A stretch of 64,000 bases of DNA from an uncultured Chloroflexia bacterium (GTDB lineage: Bacteria; Chloroflexota; Limnocylindria; Limnocylindrales; CSP1-4): positions 192,001-256,000 of the forward strand of contig CAVQJC010000001.1 in NCBI GenBank assembly GCA_963712745.1, in the 5' to 3' direction. The notes beneath the pieces were generated by a model. The model was not told where the DNA came from. It saw only the letters and a program-made list of their open reading frames with translations, and ran no database searches. A program made the position numbers and the translations under genes. Shown piece by piece: positions 9,793-19,897 of this stretch (position 1 is its first letter; every line of letters begins with the position of its first letter).

Positions 9793-10427
9793 CAGATGCT
9801 CATGCCCAAGGCACGTTGCACCACGTCGACGGCCCGAGCCGCGTCGGGCGCAAACCCGTCCGCACCGATCTGCCTCGCGTACTCCTCGGTGACCGGGGCG
9901 CCACCGACGACGATCTTGGTGTCGGCGATGTCGCTGGCACGCACCGCATCGACGACATCGGCCATGGCAGTCATGGTCGTCGTCAACAGGGCCGATAGAC
10001 CGATGACGGCGGCATTGTTCTCGCGGGCTGCGTCGACGAACCGTTGGGCCGGGACGTTCGTGCCCAGGTCGACGACTTCGAGGTTGGCGCCCTTCCACAT
10101 CATCGAGACAAGGCCCTTGCCGATGTCGTGCAGGTCGCCCTGGACCGTTCCGATTACGACTGTGTGCACCGGCTGGATGCCGGATTCGACGAGCGCCGGC
10201 TCGAGTTCGGCGAGCGCCTCTTTCATGGCTCGCGCCGCGATGAGCATGCCCGAGACGTAGACGTCTCCGGCCTGGAAGCGATCGCCGATTGCGGCCATGG
10301 ACGCGGTCATTGCGCCCAGGATCTCTGGGGCAGGGTAACCCTCCGCGAGTGCTTCACGGGTGAGCGACCGCGCGGCATTGGCGTCGCCGTCTTCGATGGC
10401 GGTGCCCAGTGAGGCGAGATCGGTCAT
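9792..10427 (-). CDS. corrinoid (B12-binding) methyltransferase protein, MtaC/MttC-like
   Basis: GDLHDIGK (DxHxxG), SALLTTTM, GGAPVT, cap-domain MLIAARAM. Confidence 0.92.
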   Translation of the reverse strand: MTDLASLGTAIEDGDANAARSLTREALAEGYPAPEILGAMTASMAAIGDRFQAGDVYVSGMLIAARAMKEALAELEPALVESGIQPVHTVVIGTVQGDLHDIGKGLVSMMWKGANLEVVDLGTNVPAQRFVDAARENNAAVIGLSALLTTTMTAMADVVDAVRASDIADTKIVVGGAPVTEEYARQIGADGFAPDAARAVDVVQRALGMSI

Positions 10428-11635
10428 GGCGTTGTGCTTCTCCCTTCGTATGCCTCGATCAGGTACTCGTATACCTCGCGCGGGCTGTCGGTGCGGCGAT
10501 CGGGGACCGGCTCATACCGTCCGTCCGCAAGCAGGCCGAGGATGGGCGAGTAGTCCTGCAGGAAAGCGACCCCTCGCAGCTCGATCGAGTCCGCCATGCG
10601 GTCGAAATACGATCGGTAGTCGAGCGGGGTGAAATCGCCGATGAAGAGCACCAGGCGGTCCTTGACACGCTCGTGCAACTCCACCAGTGCATCAAAGTCG
10701 TGCAGGGTGAACACGTTCAGGCCCTTCAGCCCGTCCATGGCTAGGAAGCTTTCGGCGTGATGGCTAGCGTCGCCGCAGTAGTGGACGATGCCGCCATCGA
10801 ATGCTTTGAGGATGCGGGAGTTGTAGGGCACCACGTACTCGCGGTACAGGTCGGCGTCGATGAGGACGGCGTCGTCGTCGGACAACCACACTCCGATGTT
10901 CTCGCCGGTGTACATCGACTGGTTGGCGATGCAATAGCCGGGAGGATCACCAATCACTTCTTTCTGGGCCTGGACCCAAGTGATAAGACCGTCGGTGATG
11001 ATGTCCATCAACTGGTGCATGGCCACCGGGTCATCCATCATGAGATAGATGAGTTTGTCGTAGCCCATCAACTGGTTGGCGGTCGTGAGCGGACCCTGGT
11101 GGTCGGTGAAGCCGACCGGCAGGTCGCTGTTCTCCTTCATGTAGCGCAGGTACTCGAGCACGGTGGGCATCAAGCCATCGCGCTCGGGATCTGGGACACG
11201 CAGTCGGCGGATGTCATCCGGACCCTGCACGGGGTAGTACGTGGGATCAGCAGCCGGATCCTGGCCGGGGTGGAACTCCACGCGACAACCGAAGGCGGAG
11301 GCCGCCACGACCGTGCCGAACCACGGCATCAGGTAGGGCACCCAGTCGTCGTCGACGTTGCGGAGATGGTTCAGGTACCAGCGCTCCTGGGCACTGACTG
11401 CCGCGGCGGGGTCGGTATAGAACGCATCCGGGATGGTCTCCGGCGCATGCCCGAATACCCAAGCCACGGCGTCGGTCACCGAAGCGACTGGCCGCTCGAG
11501 GGGCTCGAAGGCGAACACCGCGTCCATGCGTGGTTTGGTGCGAGCGAGCCGCTCCTCGTACCGGCGCCGCAGCTCGGCACGCTCTGCCGCTTCGAGCGGC
11601 ACCCCGTAGTCCTGCTGGTCGTTTGGATGGTTCAT
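10424..11635 (-). CDS. uroporphyrinogen decarboxylase-fold methyltransferase (putative substrate:corrinoid MT1)
   Basis: PWFGT...SAFGC, DHQGPLTTA, YVVPYN...HYCG; RBS agggaggga before ATG; coupled to the corrinoid gene. Confidence 0.75.
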   Translation of the reverse strand: MNHPNDQQDYGVPLEAAERAELRRRYEERLARTKPRMDAVFAFEPLERPVASVTDAVAWVFGHAPETIPDAFYTDPAAAVSAQERWYLNHLRNVDDDWVPYLMPWFGTVVAASAFGCRVEFHPGQDPAADPTYYPVQGPDDIRRLRVPDPERDGLMPTVLEYLRYMKENSDLPVGFTDHQGPLTTANQLMGYDKLIYLMMDDPVAMHQLMDIITDGLITWVQAQKEVIGDPPGYCIANQSMYTGENIGVWLSDDDAVLIDADLYREYVVPYNSRILKAFDGGIVHYCGDASHHAESFLAMDGLKGLNVFTLHDFDALVELHERVKDRLVLFIGDFTPLDYRSYFDRMADSIELRGVAFLQDYSPILGLLADGRYEPVPDRRTDSPREVYEYLIEAYEGRSTTP

Positions 11636-11705
11636 TTGCGTTTGGTCCCTCCCTGTCGACGGCCTCGTTGGTTCCGTACCTTGCCGCCGACCTCCATGCC
11701 ACATG

Positions 11706-12590
11706 TCATCCGGCGAACTCGTTCGTGGCCAGTCCTGTGACGCCGGGCCGACAGACGAAAGTGGCGCCCGCGAGCGGCTGGTCCCGAAGGGCATCGGCAT
11801 CCAAGGCATACGCTGCGGACGTGATGTATAGATCCCCGAGGTCAGGACCACCGAAGCACACGCTCGTCGGCTGCTTGACTGGGAGGCCGATGCTGCCCCG
11901 CAGAACACCGTCGGGCCCGTAGCAGCGCACTTCGCCTCCGTAGAAGAGCGCCACCCAGACATTGCCCTCTGCATCGACTGTCAATCCATCTGGCATTCCC
12001 TCGTCCTGCGCGAACGTGACGAGCCGGGATGGTTCACCGAGTGCACCACTCGTGGCGTCAAACGGGAAGGCATCGATCGCGTAGTTGCCCGAGTCGATGA
12101 AGTACATGACGTCGCCGCTGGGGCTCCAGCCCAAGCCGTTGGCGATCGTGAGGTCGGGGAGGACGCGAGTCACCGAGTGATCCACGTCCACGCGATACAG
12201 GGAGGCGGCGCCCGCCGCGAAGTCGAACGACATCGTCCCCGCCCAGAGCCGGCCCTGCGGGTCGCACTTGGCATCATTCATCCGGTTCCCGGGGTTGTCA
12301 CCTTCGATCGGGGCGAAGATCCGAACGGCGCCATCGGAGTCTCCAAGGAAGCCGATCCCGTCCCGCATGGCGACCACGAGCCCACCCTGAGCTCGCGGGA
12401 TCACAGCTCCCACTTCCTGACCAACGCTGATCGTGTCGAGCGATCCACTCGCCGGATCGAGGCGGTAGATCAGCCCCGGCGACACATCCACGAACAGCAA
12501 CGTGCCGGTCCGCGCATCCCACGATGGACCTTCGCCCACGTCGGCACCGACCTCAGCGACCGGGGCCACCTTCACATCGTCGAACACCAT
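11706..12590 (-). CDS. SMP-30/gluconolactonase family lactonase
   Basis: GEGPSWD, RMNDAKCDPQGRLW, IANGLGWSP, PDGLTVDAEG. Confidence 0.92.
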   Translation of the reverse strand: MVFDDVKVAPVAEVGADVGEGPSWDARTGTLLFVDVSPGLIYRLDPASGSLDTISVGQEVGAVIPRAQGGLVVAMRDGIGFLGDSDGAVRIFAPIEGDNPGNRMNDAKCDPQGRLWAGTMSFDFAAGAASLYRVDVDHSVTRVLPDLTIANGLGWSPSGDVMYFIDSGNYAIDAFPFDATSGALGEPSRLVTFAQDEGMPDGLTVDAEGNVWVALFYGGEVRCYGPDGVLRGSIGLPVKQPTSVCFGGPDLGDLYITSAAYALDADALRDQPLAGATFVCRPGVTGLATNEFAG

Positions 12591-12607
12591 CTCGCTTCTC
12601 TCCGGGA

Positions 12608-13357
12608 CTAGAAGTTGCCCAGCGAAGAGCCGCCGTCGACCAGGTACGTCGACCCGGTCACACTGGCTGCCGCCGGGGTACACAGGAAGAGCATCACTGC
12701 CGCCACGTCTTCGGGTTCCTGGAGCATCCCCAGGGGTACGGCCTTGGCGGCCCGGGCTGCGTACTCGGGATTGCGCTCAGCCTCGGCCCGTGCCAGTCCC
12801 GCATTCACGATGCCCGGCGCGACAAGGTTGCAGCGGATGCCGTCCTTCGCGTGTTCCAAGGCGATCGACCGCGCCAACATCTGAAGCGCGGCCTTCGAGC
12901 TCGAATAAGGAGCGATCTCCGGCCACGGTCGCTCGCCCACCCATGACCCGTTCAGCACGATGGAGCCCTTGGTCCTGTCGCGCAGGAACCGGCGGACAGC
13001 CGCCTGGGTGACGTGGAAGTTGCCGGTCAGGTTGACATCGATCTGACGCCGCCAAGAGTCGACCGTGACATCGACGAACGGGGCCGGCTCGACGATCCCG
13101 GCGTTGCCGATGACGAAGTCCAATCGGGCCGCTCCCTCGATCGCAGCATCGACTGCCGGGCGGTCGGTCACGTCAGCGGTCACGTAGCTGATCTGATTGG
13201 CTGGCAGGCCTTCGAGCAGTGCCCGCGCGTCATCGGCGCTCGACCGACCCACCGCGATGACATCTGCCCCCGCTTCGATGAATGCCCGGCAGACGGCGCG
13301 TCCGATGTCGCCGGCTGCACCAGTCACCAGCACGGTCTTGCCTCTCAAGTCACTCAC
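12608..13357 (-). CDS. SDR family oxidoreductase (sugar dehydrogenase-like)
   Basis: TGAAGDIG, NAGI, YSSSK, VDGG. Confidence 0.9.
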   Translation of the reverse strand: MSDLRGKTVLVTGAAGDIGRAVCRAFIEAGADVIAVGRSSADDARALLEGLPANQISYVTADVTDRPAVDAAIEGAARLDFVIGNAGIVEPAPFVDVTVDSWRRQIDVNLTGNFHVTQAAVRRFLRDRTKGSIVLNGSWVGERPWPEIAPYSSSKAALQMLARSIALEHAKDGIRCNLVAPGIVNAGLARAEAERNPEYAARAAKAVPLGMLQEPEDVAAVMLFLCTPAAASVTGSTYLVDGGSSLGNF

Positions 13358-14531
13358 GAGACGCCTCCATAGTCGACTCCGGCCGGAGGTCCACGACCTC
13401 CATGATCGAGTTTGCGCTGAACAGGGCCGGGTCGATAGGCTCGTACGGGTGCTGTGAGATCGCGGCGTGGTCGAGTTCGACGCCCAGGCCCGGCGCCTCG
13501 GAGACATCGACATGGCCGTCGGTCACGCGCGGCGCTCCGACCACGACCTCGTGTCGCCAAGGCACATCCCAGGGCTCAAGCATCTCCTGGATCTGGAAGT
13601 TGGGACTCACGACGTCAACGGCGAGGGTGGCAGCGGTGGCGACGGCGCCGTTGGGATTGTGCGGCGCGATCTGGACGAACCAGGTCGCGGCCATGGCCGC
13701 GATGTCGCGAGCCTCGGCGATGCCGCCCACGTGCAGGATGTCGGGTTGGAGGATGTGGACCGCACCGAGCTCGAGCAGTCGTCGCACCTCAAGTCGGGAG
13801 TAGCAGCGCTCGCCAGCCGCGATGGGCACTCGGCTGTGCTCGGCCACGTGCCGCATCGCCTCAGGATTGCCCGGCGGGACCGGCTCCTCGAAGAAGAAGG
13901 GGTCGAAAGGCTCGAGGCGGCCGGCGATGGTCCGCGCCGCGTGAACGCTGAAGCGGCCGTGTCCCTCGATCAGCAGCGCCACTTTGGGTCCCAGCTCCCG
14001 TCGGAGCGCGGCTACGACCTCGACCGCTGCATCGCTCTCCGCGACCGTCGGCGCCAGGTCCGCTCGCCCGAAGGGGTCGAACTTCAGCGCCCGATAACCC
14101 AGTTCCACGACCTCGCCGGCTCGTTCGACCCACTCATCGACCGTCTGGACCCCGAAGTACCAGCCGTTGGCATAGACCGGCATCGGGCCGTGAACACGCC
14201 CTCCGAGCAAGCGCCATACCGGCTGGCCGAGCTGCTTGCCCATGATGTCCCACAGGGCGATCTCGACGGCAGCCAAGCCCGTGCCGGCAACATACCCACC
14301 GACCCAGAACGGGTCGCGGGTGAGCAGGCGACGGACTCCGGAGATGGAGGTGGCGTCTGCTCCGACAAGCACGCGCTTGAGGTCCTCAAGGTGGCCCTGG
14401 ATCGTGAGTTCACGGCCTTCGAGCGTGGCCTCACCAAGGCCGATGATGCCGTTGTCGGTCTCGACTTCGACGAAGACCCAGTTTCGCCACCCGGCGTGGC
14501 ATGGGTAGCAGCGGATGTCAGCGATTCTCAT
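13350..14531 (-). CDS. mandelate racemase/enolase superfamily sugar-acid dehydratase (galactonate dehydratase-like)
   Basis: RNWVFVEVETD...GEATLEG, YANGW, KFDPFG, EGHGR, EEP, GER, PHNPNG. Confidence 0.88.
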   Translation of the reverse strand: MRIADIRCYPCHAGWRNWVFVEVETDNGIIGLGEATLEGRELTIQGHLEDLKRVLVGADATSISGVRRLLTRDPFWVGGYVAGTGLAAVEIALWDIMGKQLGQPVWRLLGGRVHGPMPVYANGWYFGVQTVDEWVERAGEVVELGYRALKFDPFGRADLAPTVAESDAAVEVVAALRRELGPKVALLIEGHGRFSVHAARTIAGRLEPFDPFFFEEPVPPGNPEAMRHVAEHSRVPIAAGERCYSRLEVRRLLELGAVHILQPDILHVGGIAEARDIAAMAATWFVQIAPHNPNGAVATAATLAVDVVSPNFQIQEMLEPWDVPWRHEVVVGAPRVTDGHVDVSEAPGLGVELDHAAISQHPYEPIDPALFSANSIMEVVDLRPESTMEASRE

Positions 14532-15606
14532 TCGCGCCTCCGGGTGGGGGTGCGTCATCAGCGGCGACACCGGCTACCGACTGGCGGAACATCCGCCTCT
14601 TTCGAACTTGGTCCAGCGCGGCAGCAAGGATGACGACAGCGCCGACGAAGAGGTTCTGGAGCGTGGGATCGACCCTTAGCAGGATGAGTCCTGTGGTCAG
14701 GACGCTCAGCAGGATGGCTCCCATGACCGTGCCCCGGATGGTCCCGATGGAGCCGCCGATGCTGGTGCCGCCGATGACGACGGCTGCGATCACCTGAAGC
14801 TCGAAGCCTGCCCCGAACGAGGGAGACCCCGAGCTGAGCCGGGAGGCCATCAGCACGCCGGCGAAGGCGGCGAGGCCGCCCCCGAGCATGTATGTGGCGG
14901 TCGAGACCCTGCGCACGTTGATTCCGAAACGGCGAGATCCCTCACGGTTGCCGCCGACAGCACGGATGGTCCAGCCGATCTTCGTCTTCTCGAGCAGGAT
15001 GTCCATCAGTATCGCCACGATCGCAGCGATGACAATCAGGAGCGGGATGCCAAGGATCTCGCCTTGGCCGATGTCCGTGAATTCATCGGGTAAGGGTCCG
15101 ATCGGATTGCCGCCCGAAAGGGCGACGACGAGCGAGCGCACGGCGAACAACGTCCCAAGCGTGACGATGATGGGCGAGATGTCCAAGTAGTTCACGAGGG
15201 CGCCGTTGAGGAGGCCCACGACGATCCCGACCGAAATCCCGAAGAGGAACACAGCTGGGACGATCCAGCCGGCGTCGGCCGCCCACGCCGCGCTGACCGC
15301 CCCCGCAGCGAAGACCGACCCGATCGAGAGGTCGAGACCGCCACCAACCATGACCACGGTTGAGCCTGTTCCTACGATGATGAGGAAGACAGCGTTGCGG
15401 AGGATGTTTGTCCAGGTCTGCTGGTCGAGAAAGCGCTCGTTCTGTGTCGCGCCGAGCACGACGAAGAGCACGATGACCACGATCAGGCCGCTGGCCGTGC
15501 TACCGAGGATGCGGCGCCAGGGGGACTGCGAGACGGAGGCGAGGTCGACCTCGGCAACGTCCGTGGCTCCGCCCACTGCGTCGTTGGTCACGGCACCACC
15601 GTTCAT
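14518..15606 (-). CDS. sugar ABC transporter permease (RbsC-like)
   Basis: GGLDLSIGS, IVTLGT, AVGGNREG, ELQVIAAVVIGGTS. Confidence 0.92.
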   Translation of the reverse strand: MNGGAVTNDAVGGATDVAEVDLASVSQSPWRRILGSTASGLIVVIVLFVVLGATQNERFLDQQTWTNILRNAVFLIIVGTGSTVVMVGGGLDLSIGSVFAAGAVSAAWAADAGWIVPAVFLFGISVGIVVGLLNGALVNYLDISPIIVTLGTLFAVRSLVVALSGGNPIGPLPDEFTDIGQGEILGIPLLIVIAAIVAILMDILLEKTKIGWTIRAVGGNREGSRRFGINVRRVSTATYMLGGGLAAFAGVLMASRLSSGSPSFGAGFELQVIAAVVIGGTSIGGSIGTIRGTVMGAILLSVLTTGLILLRVDPTLQNLFVGAVVILAAALDQVRKRRMFRQSVAGVAADDAPPPGGANENR

Positions 15607-16424
15607 TCCGGGCTTCCGTCGTGCTCAGCCCCACCTGCATGGTCACCAGGGATGGCGCCGGTGATGAGCCCCACAAGCTCTTCGGGCGTCGTGCGCGCAA
15701 CATCTCTGATGCCCTGTACCCGCCCCAGACGCATGACTTGGACGCGGTCGGCGACATCGAACACGAACGAAACGTCGTGGCTGATAAGGACCACAGCCTT
15801 GCCCTGCGACCGCAGCTGGCCCACGATCTCTCCCACCTGACGAGTCTCTCTTACACCCAGAGCTGCAGTCGGCTCGTCCATCATCACGATAGGGTTGTCA
15901 TCCCTGATGGCCCGCGCGATGGCGACGCCCTGGCGCTGGCCTCCGGAAAGCTCACCCACGGGCACGCGCACGGAAGGCAAGCGGACCTTCAGGCTTTGCA
16001 CGGTCCTGGCGGACTCCTCGATCATCCTCCGTCGGTCGGCGAAGAAGCGCCACCGACTCAGTTGGGCGCCGAGGAACATGTTCGCCGCCACGTCGAGCGT
16101 CTCGATGAGCGCCAGGTCCTGGAAGACCACGGAGACTCCCATCGCCCGAGCCAGGTGAGGGTCGCTGCCGGGCAAGACCTTGCCGCGGATCCGGACCTCA
16201 CCCCGGTCGAGCGCGTAGACGCCCGAGATGACCTTGACCATCGTCGACTTGCCGGCTCCGTTGTCCCCGACGACCGCCAGGACCTCACCGGGCCAGGCGC
16301 TCATCGAGACGTCACGAAGCGCGACGACGTGACCGAAGGACTTCCAGGCCCCCGCCAGCTCGAGTGCTGGCGGGGCGTCCTGGCGATCGGCCGGCTGAGT
16401 CGCCGGGTGTGACTGGACTGACAC
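15603..16424 (-). CDS. sugar ABC transporter ATP-binding protein (single NBD)
   Basis: GDNGAGKST, LSGGQRQ, MDEPTAAL, ISH; start approximate. Confidence 0.9.
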   Translation of the reverse strand: MSVQSHPATQPADRQDAPPALELAGAWKSFGHVVALRDVSMSAWPGEVLAVVGDNGAGKSTMVKVISGVYALDRGEVRIRGKVLPGSDPHLARAMGVSVVFQDLALIETLDVAANMFLGAQLSRWRFFADRRRMIEESARTVQSLKVRLPSVRVPVGELSGGQRQGVAIARAIRDDNPIVMMDEPTAALGVRETRQVGEIVGQLRSQGKAVVLISHDVSFVFDVADRVQVMRLGRVQGIRDVARTTPEELVGLITGAIPGDHAGGAEHDGSPE

Positions 16425-16435
16425 GTCGGGAGCTC

Positions 16436-17419
16436 TTACTCCTCGCTGGCCAGGCTTGGGATGATGTCCGTTGGGCAGCCGGCATACGGCAGGCGGTCGG
16501 CGGTCACTGGATCGACGTCGATCGGCCAAAGCGTCTGCTCGGGGCCCTCACCGGCCTGAGCGGCCTTGATGAGCTCAGCGGCGAACGGCGAGGCCCAGAA
16601 GTAGCACTGGTTCAACGTCGTCGTGATCCACCCGTCCTCGATGGCGGCCAGTGTGGGGTCCAGAGCGTCGATCGAGAGCACGAACACGTCGCCGGGGGAC
16701 TTGCCTGCCTCGGCGAAGGCCTGAGGCACGACGCCGGGAGCAGCACCCTCGATGAGCCACAGCGCGTCCATCTCAGGGTAGGCAAGGCTGATGGCCCCGA
16801 GCTTCTCTGCCGCCTCACCGGGGTCGGAGTTATCGGTCTCCCAGGCGAGCTCGGTCATGTCGGGGTACTTCTCGGCCACCTGAGCCCGGAAAGCCTCGAC
16901 CTGGGCTACCTGGTTGGGAGTTTCCCGGGCGGTGCCCAGGATGACCACATTGGCTTCCGGGCCGACCTCTTCGGCGATGATGTCAGCGGAGAGCCGGCCG
17001 TATGCCACGTTGTCTGTGCCGACCGTGTAGTCCGCCTGCTCATCGATGCAGCCGATTGAGACGACGGTGATGCCGGCCTCCTGCGCCTGTCCGATGACAC
17101 CGCCGAAGGCGGCAGGATCAAGGCTGCAGGTGATGATGCCGTCGGCCTCGTCGGCGATGGCCTCCTCCATCATCGCGACCATGGCAGGGATGTCGATCGT
17201 GTTAGGCCCCACGATCGTCGGGTCGTACCCGATACGGTCAGCCGCCTCGGCGAAAGCGTCGTTCGACTGGCCCCAGGCCTGGAAGCTCGGTAGCGGGTTC
17301 ACATACCAGATGTTCAGCGCCTCCCCGTCATCCTGGGCCTGGACAGGCCCCACTGCGGCAGCCGCCAGGGTCACGCTTGCCAGCGCAGCGACCATCTTGG
17401 AGCGTGCACGTCGTTGCAT
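16436..17419 (-). CDS. sugar ABC transporter substrate-binding protein
   Basis: Signal peptide ending VQA-QDD; ADGII, VGTDNVAYG, IEDGWITTTLNQ (PBP type 1). Confidence 0.88.
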   Translation of the reverse strand: MQRRARSKMVAALASVTLAAAAVGPVQAQDDGEALNIWYVNPLPSFQAWGQSNDAFAEAADRIGYDPTIVGPNTIDIPAMVAMMEEAIADEADGIITCSLDPAAFGGVIGQAQEAGITVVSIGCIDEQADYTVGTDNVAYGRLSADIIAEEVGPEANVVILGTARETPNQVAQVEAFRAQVAEKYPDMTELAWETDNSDPGEAAEKLGAISLAYPEMDALWLIEGAAPGVVPQAFAEAGKSPGDVFVLSIDALDPTLAAIEDGWITTTLNQCYFWASPFAAELIKAAQAGEGPEQTLWPIDVDPVTADRLPYAGCPTDIIPSLASEE

Positions 17420-17470
17420 TGGTTCCCAGACCTCCCCGTTCTGCTCCGATGCACCGAGTATTCTCGGCGT

Positions 17471-17585
17471 GACATATGATGTCGTATCTCATGATGCTCT
17501 ACCGTGTCAATCCCTCCTGATGGAGCGCCGCGGACTTGCCGCTCCCAGTGCGAACTCGAGTGCGTTGCCAGCACATGTATGATGT
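17471..17585. promoter_or_regulatory. divergent promoter region with GntR/FadR-type operators
   Basis: ACATATGATGT (17472), CATGATG and ACATGTATGATGT (~17573); TTGACA on minus at 17505-17510; TATGAT 6 nt before an in-frame GTG at 17590. Confidence 0.5.
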
Positions 17586-17589
17586 CCCG

Positions 17590-18360
17590 GTGAACGTCCG
17601 CGAGAGACCCGGCGGCCCTCGACCACGAACCACCGACCAGCGCCTGATGGCAGATGCCGGCGGGTCGCGCACCGAGATACTCATAAGCCAGCTCATCGAC
17701 CGGATCATCAGCGGTGTCTACGCTCCCGGCGACACGATCCCCACCGAAGCGCAGCTGGGAGATGCGTTCGGGGTCAGCCGCACGGTCGTGCGAGAGGCAA
17801 TCAAGGTGCTGGCCGAGAAGCAGCTCGTGCGCGTCGACCGTGGGCGCGGGACCGTCGTGCGACCCCGCCGTGAATGGCGGATGCTGGATGCCGCCAACCT
17901 CTCGGCCCAGATCCGCCACGGCGACCGAGAGGTGGTCATCCGTGAGTTGATTTTGATGCGCAAGGGCATCGAGCCGGAGCTGGCAGCGATCGCCGCCGCA
18001 TCAGCGACACCGGAAGCGGTCGCATCGATCGGTGCGCGCGTCGATGCTCTCGCGCGTGCAGTCGACGACGAGCCGGCGTATCACATCGCTGATGGCCAGT
18101 TTCACGAGGCGATCGCCGAGACGGCTGGTGTCTCCATCGCCGTCGAGTTCCTTCAAGTGATGCGCGAGCCCCTCGACCTCGCTCGGCAGCTCACGGACCG
18201 AATCCCGGACGCCATCCTCAGCGCTCATCGGCATCACCTCGACGTGTTCACAGCCATCGCTCAGCGAGACCCAGATGGGGCTCGAAGCGCGATGCGACGC
18301 CATCTCGAGTGGGCGGAGGAGCGGCTCGGACTCGCATTCGACCCTAAGCGCGCGGGATGA
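17590..18360 (+). CDS. GntR/FadR family transcriptional regulator
   Basis: PTEAQLGDAFGVSRTVVREA wHTH; FCD domain (ADGQFHEAI...HHLDVF...AMRRHL); start 17590 or 17647. Confidence 0.9.
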   Translation: MNVRERPGGPRPRTTDQRLMADAGGSRTEILISQLIDRIISGVYAPGDTIPTEAQLGDAFGVSRTVVREAIKVLAEKQLVRVDRGRGTVVRPRREWRMLDAANLSAQIRHGDREVVIRELILMRKGIEPELAAIAAASATPEAVASIGARVDALARAVDDEPAYHIADGQFHEAIAETAGVSIAVEFLQVMREPLDLARQLTDRIPDAILSAHRHHLDVFTAIAQRDPDGARSAMRRHLEWAEERLGLAFDPKRAG

Positions 18361-19019
18361 GAGACGCCAAGGCTCTCGAGCTGGTCGAAACCCTCCGGCG
18401 TGTCGGATACAGCGCCGTCGTTTCTGACTGTTGCGATCAAGTCGGACTGCGCGACCAGACGATGTCGGCGGGAATCACCCCCGTGTCGGGTGGTCCGGGT
18501 GTCTTGGTCGGCTTTGCCCGGCCCGTGCTGAGCGTCGCCGTGGACGGGATTCCGGACGAGCCCTATCGCGCAGAGATCGACTTCATCGACTCGCTTGGCC
18601 CGGACGACGTGGTGGCCGCAACGGTCGAGGCTCCGGGGGCGTTCTGGGGAGAGCTCTTCTCAACCGCTGCCAAGGCTCGTGGCGCGGCCGGTGTCGTAGT
18701 CGATGGTCTGGTGCGAGATCAGACACGCATCAGGCAACTGGGGTTCCCCGTCTATGCACGTGGCGCCCGGCCGACCGATAGCCTCGGCCGCATCTCCATC
18801 GGCGCATGCGATACCGCCACCCTCATCGGCGGGATCAGTGTGGGCCCGGGGGACCTTGTGGTGGCCGACGTCGACGGCGTGACGGTGGTGCCCGTGGATG
18901 CGATCGAGGAGGTCGCAACACGCGCGATTGAGAAAGCGACCACTGAGAACCACGCTCGCGAGATGCTGGAGGGCGGTGCGTTGCTGCGCGATGCGTGGGA
19001 CCGGTTCCGGGTGTTGTGA
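18357..19019 (+). CDS. RraA family / HMG-CHA aldolase-like protein
   Basis: WGELFSTAA, DGLVRD, PGDLVVADVDGV. Confidence 0.85.
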   Translation: MRDAKALELVETLRRVGYSAVVSDCCDQVGLRDQTMSAGITPVSGGPGVLVGFARPVLSVAVDGIPDEPYRAEIDFIDSLGPDDVVAATVEAPGAFWGELFSTAAKARGAAGVVVDGLVRDQTRIRQLGFPVYARGARPTDSLGRISIGACDTATLIGGISVGPGDLVVADVDGVTVVPVDAIEEVATRAIEKATTENHAREMLEGGALLRDAWDRFRVL

Positions 19020-19897
19020 CGGGCCTCGCCGGGATCTACGCCCCGATCTGCACGCCGTTCCTTCCCGACGAGGAGCTCGATCTCAGGGGCCTGCGCGCGA
19101 ACCTCGAGCGCTACGCGGATACGGGGGTCCATGGTCTGCTCGCGCTGGGCAGCAACGGCGAGAACCGAAGCCTGGACGAGGCCGAGCGCCTGAAGGTGCT
19201 CGACGCGGTGGTGTGTCACAAGGGCCGCGACCAGGCCGTGATGGCCGGCGCTACCTACGACGCACAGCGTTCCGCGGAGCGGTTCCTGGCCGCTGCTGCC
19301 GACCTCGGCGCCGACTACGGACTGGTCCTCTCACCCGGCTACCACCGCAAGCAGATGACCGAGGAGGTCCTGTACCGCTTCTTCTCGACCCTCGCGGACG
19401 TGTCGGCGATTCCGCTGATCGTATACAACGCCCCCGGCTTCAACGGCATCACGCTCACGCCCGAGTTGGTCGGGCGGCTGTCGGAACACCCCAACATCGC
19501 TGGGCTCAAGGACAGCGCCGCGGCCGGGTTCGAGCACTTCCTGCCCCTCCAGCGTCCGGACTTCGCCGTGCTCGCGGGCTCCGCCGACTTCCTCTTCGCG
19601 GCCATGATCGGCGGCGCACCCGGCGGCACGGTCTCGCTGGCGAACTCGTTCCCAGCACTCGCGTTGGCGTTGTACGAGCTGGGACGGTCGCGCAACTCGG
19701 AGGACGGAACCGTCCTGCAGGAGCGGGTGAGCCGCATCAACCGCGCCATCTCCGGGGCCTTTGGCGTAGCCGGGGTCAAGGCGGCCATGGATCTGGCCGG
19801 ACTCGTGGGCGGCATCCCTCGACGACCACTGCTCCCCTTGACCGAGAACGAGCGCCAGCAGTTGCGTGCCACCCTGGAGGCGGAAGGGCTCATCTGA
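19016..19897 (+). CDS. DHDPS/NAL family aldolase (2-keto-3-deoxy acid aldolase-like)
   Basis: GSNGE, YNAP, GLKDS Schiff-base lysine; GTGA overlap. Confidence 0.88.
   Translation: MTGLAGIYAPICTPFLPDEELDLRGLRANLERYADTGVHGLLALGSNGENRSLDEAERLKVLDAVVCHKGRDQAVMAGATYDAQRSAERFLAAAADLGADYGLVLSPGYHRKQMTEEVLYRFFSTLADVSAIPLIVYNAPGFNGITLTPELVGRLSEHPNIAGLKDSAAAGFEHFLPLQRPDFAVLAGSADFLFAAMIGGAPGGTVSLANSFPALALALYELGRSRNSEDGTVLQERVSRINRAISGAFGVAGVKAAMDLAGLVGGIPRRPLLPLTENERQQLRATLEAEGLI

Noticed and set aside
11636-11974. N-terminal extension of the URO-D protein to 516 aa
   Set aside because: It overlaps the lactonase gene; a strong RBS supports ATG 11635.
18898-19896. 788-aa fusion ORF ahead of the FGGY kinase
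   Set aside because: The N-terminal part is an off-frame read of the DHDPS gene; the kinase starts at the TGATG overlap at 19897.
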